A stretch of DNA of 63,233 nucleotides, filler included, from Octopus bimaculoides (lineage: Eukaryota): NCBI RefSeq assembly GCF_001194135.2. It is 9 parts of 7 records of this genome, joined end to end, with 100 filler letters (N's around TTAATTAATTAA, not from the genome) between each part and the next. Parts side by side here need not be neighbours in the genome. Positions count along the whole stretch, not along the records: positions 60,380 to 63,233 come from NC_068985.1; 8 more parts are not named here. One strand, written 5' to 3'. The notes under the pieces are model-generated. The model was not told the DNA's origin and did not search any database. It saw nothing but the letters and a program-made list of their open reading frames with translations. A program made the position numbers and the translations under genes. Positions 61,893 to 63,233 of this stretch are shown here, piece by piece; the first letter of the stretch is position 1; the number at the start of each line of letters is the position of its first letter.

Positions 61893-63178
61893 GAGTTTAA
61901 AGATAGACGAACTTCCGTGCCAAAGGACGGCTGGATTGTAAAAAATTAATTCAGTTACCTATATATTATGAACGTGAGCATTAACCATTCAATTACATAT
62001 TAATTACAATTAAAAAACAGCAAAAAAATTTTAACAGATAAAATAATTAAGAAAGTGTAATTTACAACTATCGAAATATATTTCTATATATCTCAAAAAA
62101 TATTAATCCAAACTCGTTTATGTCTAAGAAAATCTTTCGTTATTATAACATACAACAATAATATATATGTGAATATATAATTAATTATCAGGGCCTTGCT
62201 TTATCTAGAACTATAATAAAACGTGTAAAAAATATATAAATGCTAATTATATTTTTAATATATAATAACTCTTCTATTTATTTAAAGCTATTGATATTTA
62301 AAAAAAATGTTATTTAAAGTAACTAATTGGAATGCTCTATAATTATTGTTTATAGCAGGGATAATTCCGTAATAAATATGAATAGAAACCTAACAAAAAT
62401 TTTTTTCTTTGTTTTCTTAATTTATCGCAGGGAGAATTCTGTAATAAATATGAAGATAAACTTATGGCTGTAAACAATAGAACCTAAATACCCCATAGAT
62501 ATAGAGTTAGGCTATAATAATGGATACCAACATATTACAAGTTTTTTAGAAGTAACAGGATTTGGAGTTACTTAAATAAGGATTATTATTCGTACATTAT
62601 GGAAGGGATGCTCACAATAGAATAATTAATATTATTATTTTAAAATTAAATGATTATAAATAGTATATATACAAATTTCATTCATTCTTTCAGAATAAAC
62701 AAAATAAGATTGTTGTAATAAGAATACAAGTTATAAACTATACAATACTATAATAATAATTTTGGTTTTTAAATTTATTTATTAAGTCACATAAGACTAT
62801 TTATCTATTATTATCATTATTATAATTATCATCAATTAATTAATTAATAAAATGAATGTATACATATATTCATTCAGTATAATGAAGACATCTTATTTGT
62901 GATATGTAATTAATACTAATACTAATATAATGATGTATATATCAGTAACTACAAGAATAGCATTAAAAGGAATCAAATTCTGAATTAATCCGCTAACAAT
63001 TAATTTTCCAAATTCATTATTATAATATAGATTAAGATGACAAAACTTAAAGATATACATATATATACACACACACATACACACATACATACATCTATAT
63101 ATATATATGTATATACATATGCACGTACATACATATTCATATACATACACATACATACACTCACATATACATATATAC

Positions 63179-63233
<55 letters not shown>

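Noticed and set aside
1-63233. CRISPR arrays, rRNA, operon-style or prokaryotic defence systems
   Set aside because: None seen; the sequence is spliced eukaryotic DNA and the regular repeats are microsatellites or SINEs without unique spacers.

Overview
AT-rich, gap-riddled draft-assembly sequence from an animal genome. The SINE/LINE families and (TA)n/(ATT)n microsatellite load suggest an octopod cephalopod (inference from recognition, not a search). Three host coding units can be assembled by splice-phase logic. (1) A minus-strand adhesion-GPCR ectodomain: a putative signal-peptide exon at 25088-25131, HormR exons at 21119-21233 and 20005-20174, and GAIN exons at 18486-18717 and 17139-17310; GPS and 7TM exons are not visible. 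(2) Two plus-strand exons (12267-12358, 14541-14724) encoding a 12-Cys Ly6/uPAR three-finger-like domain, convergent with the GPCR and phase-compatible with its HormR exon. (3) Six consecutive internal exons of a plus-strand cathepsin A / serine carboxypeptidase S10 gene (44036-49897) with an intact GESYGG motif. The rest is mobile DNA: about five Penelope-like element (PLE) remnants, RTE and R4-like LINE pieces, Tc1/mariner relics, TTAA-flanked MITEs and dozens of SINEs. The most striking unexplained structure is a recurring combination of type I hammerhead ribozyme motifs with long inverted repeats (34.5-35.1 kb and 60.5-61.66 kb), the latter in a ~320-bp tandem, retrozyme-like array. Repeat boundaries are read by eye and approximate; exon boundaries were counted to the base.
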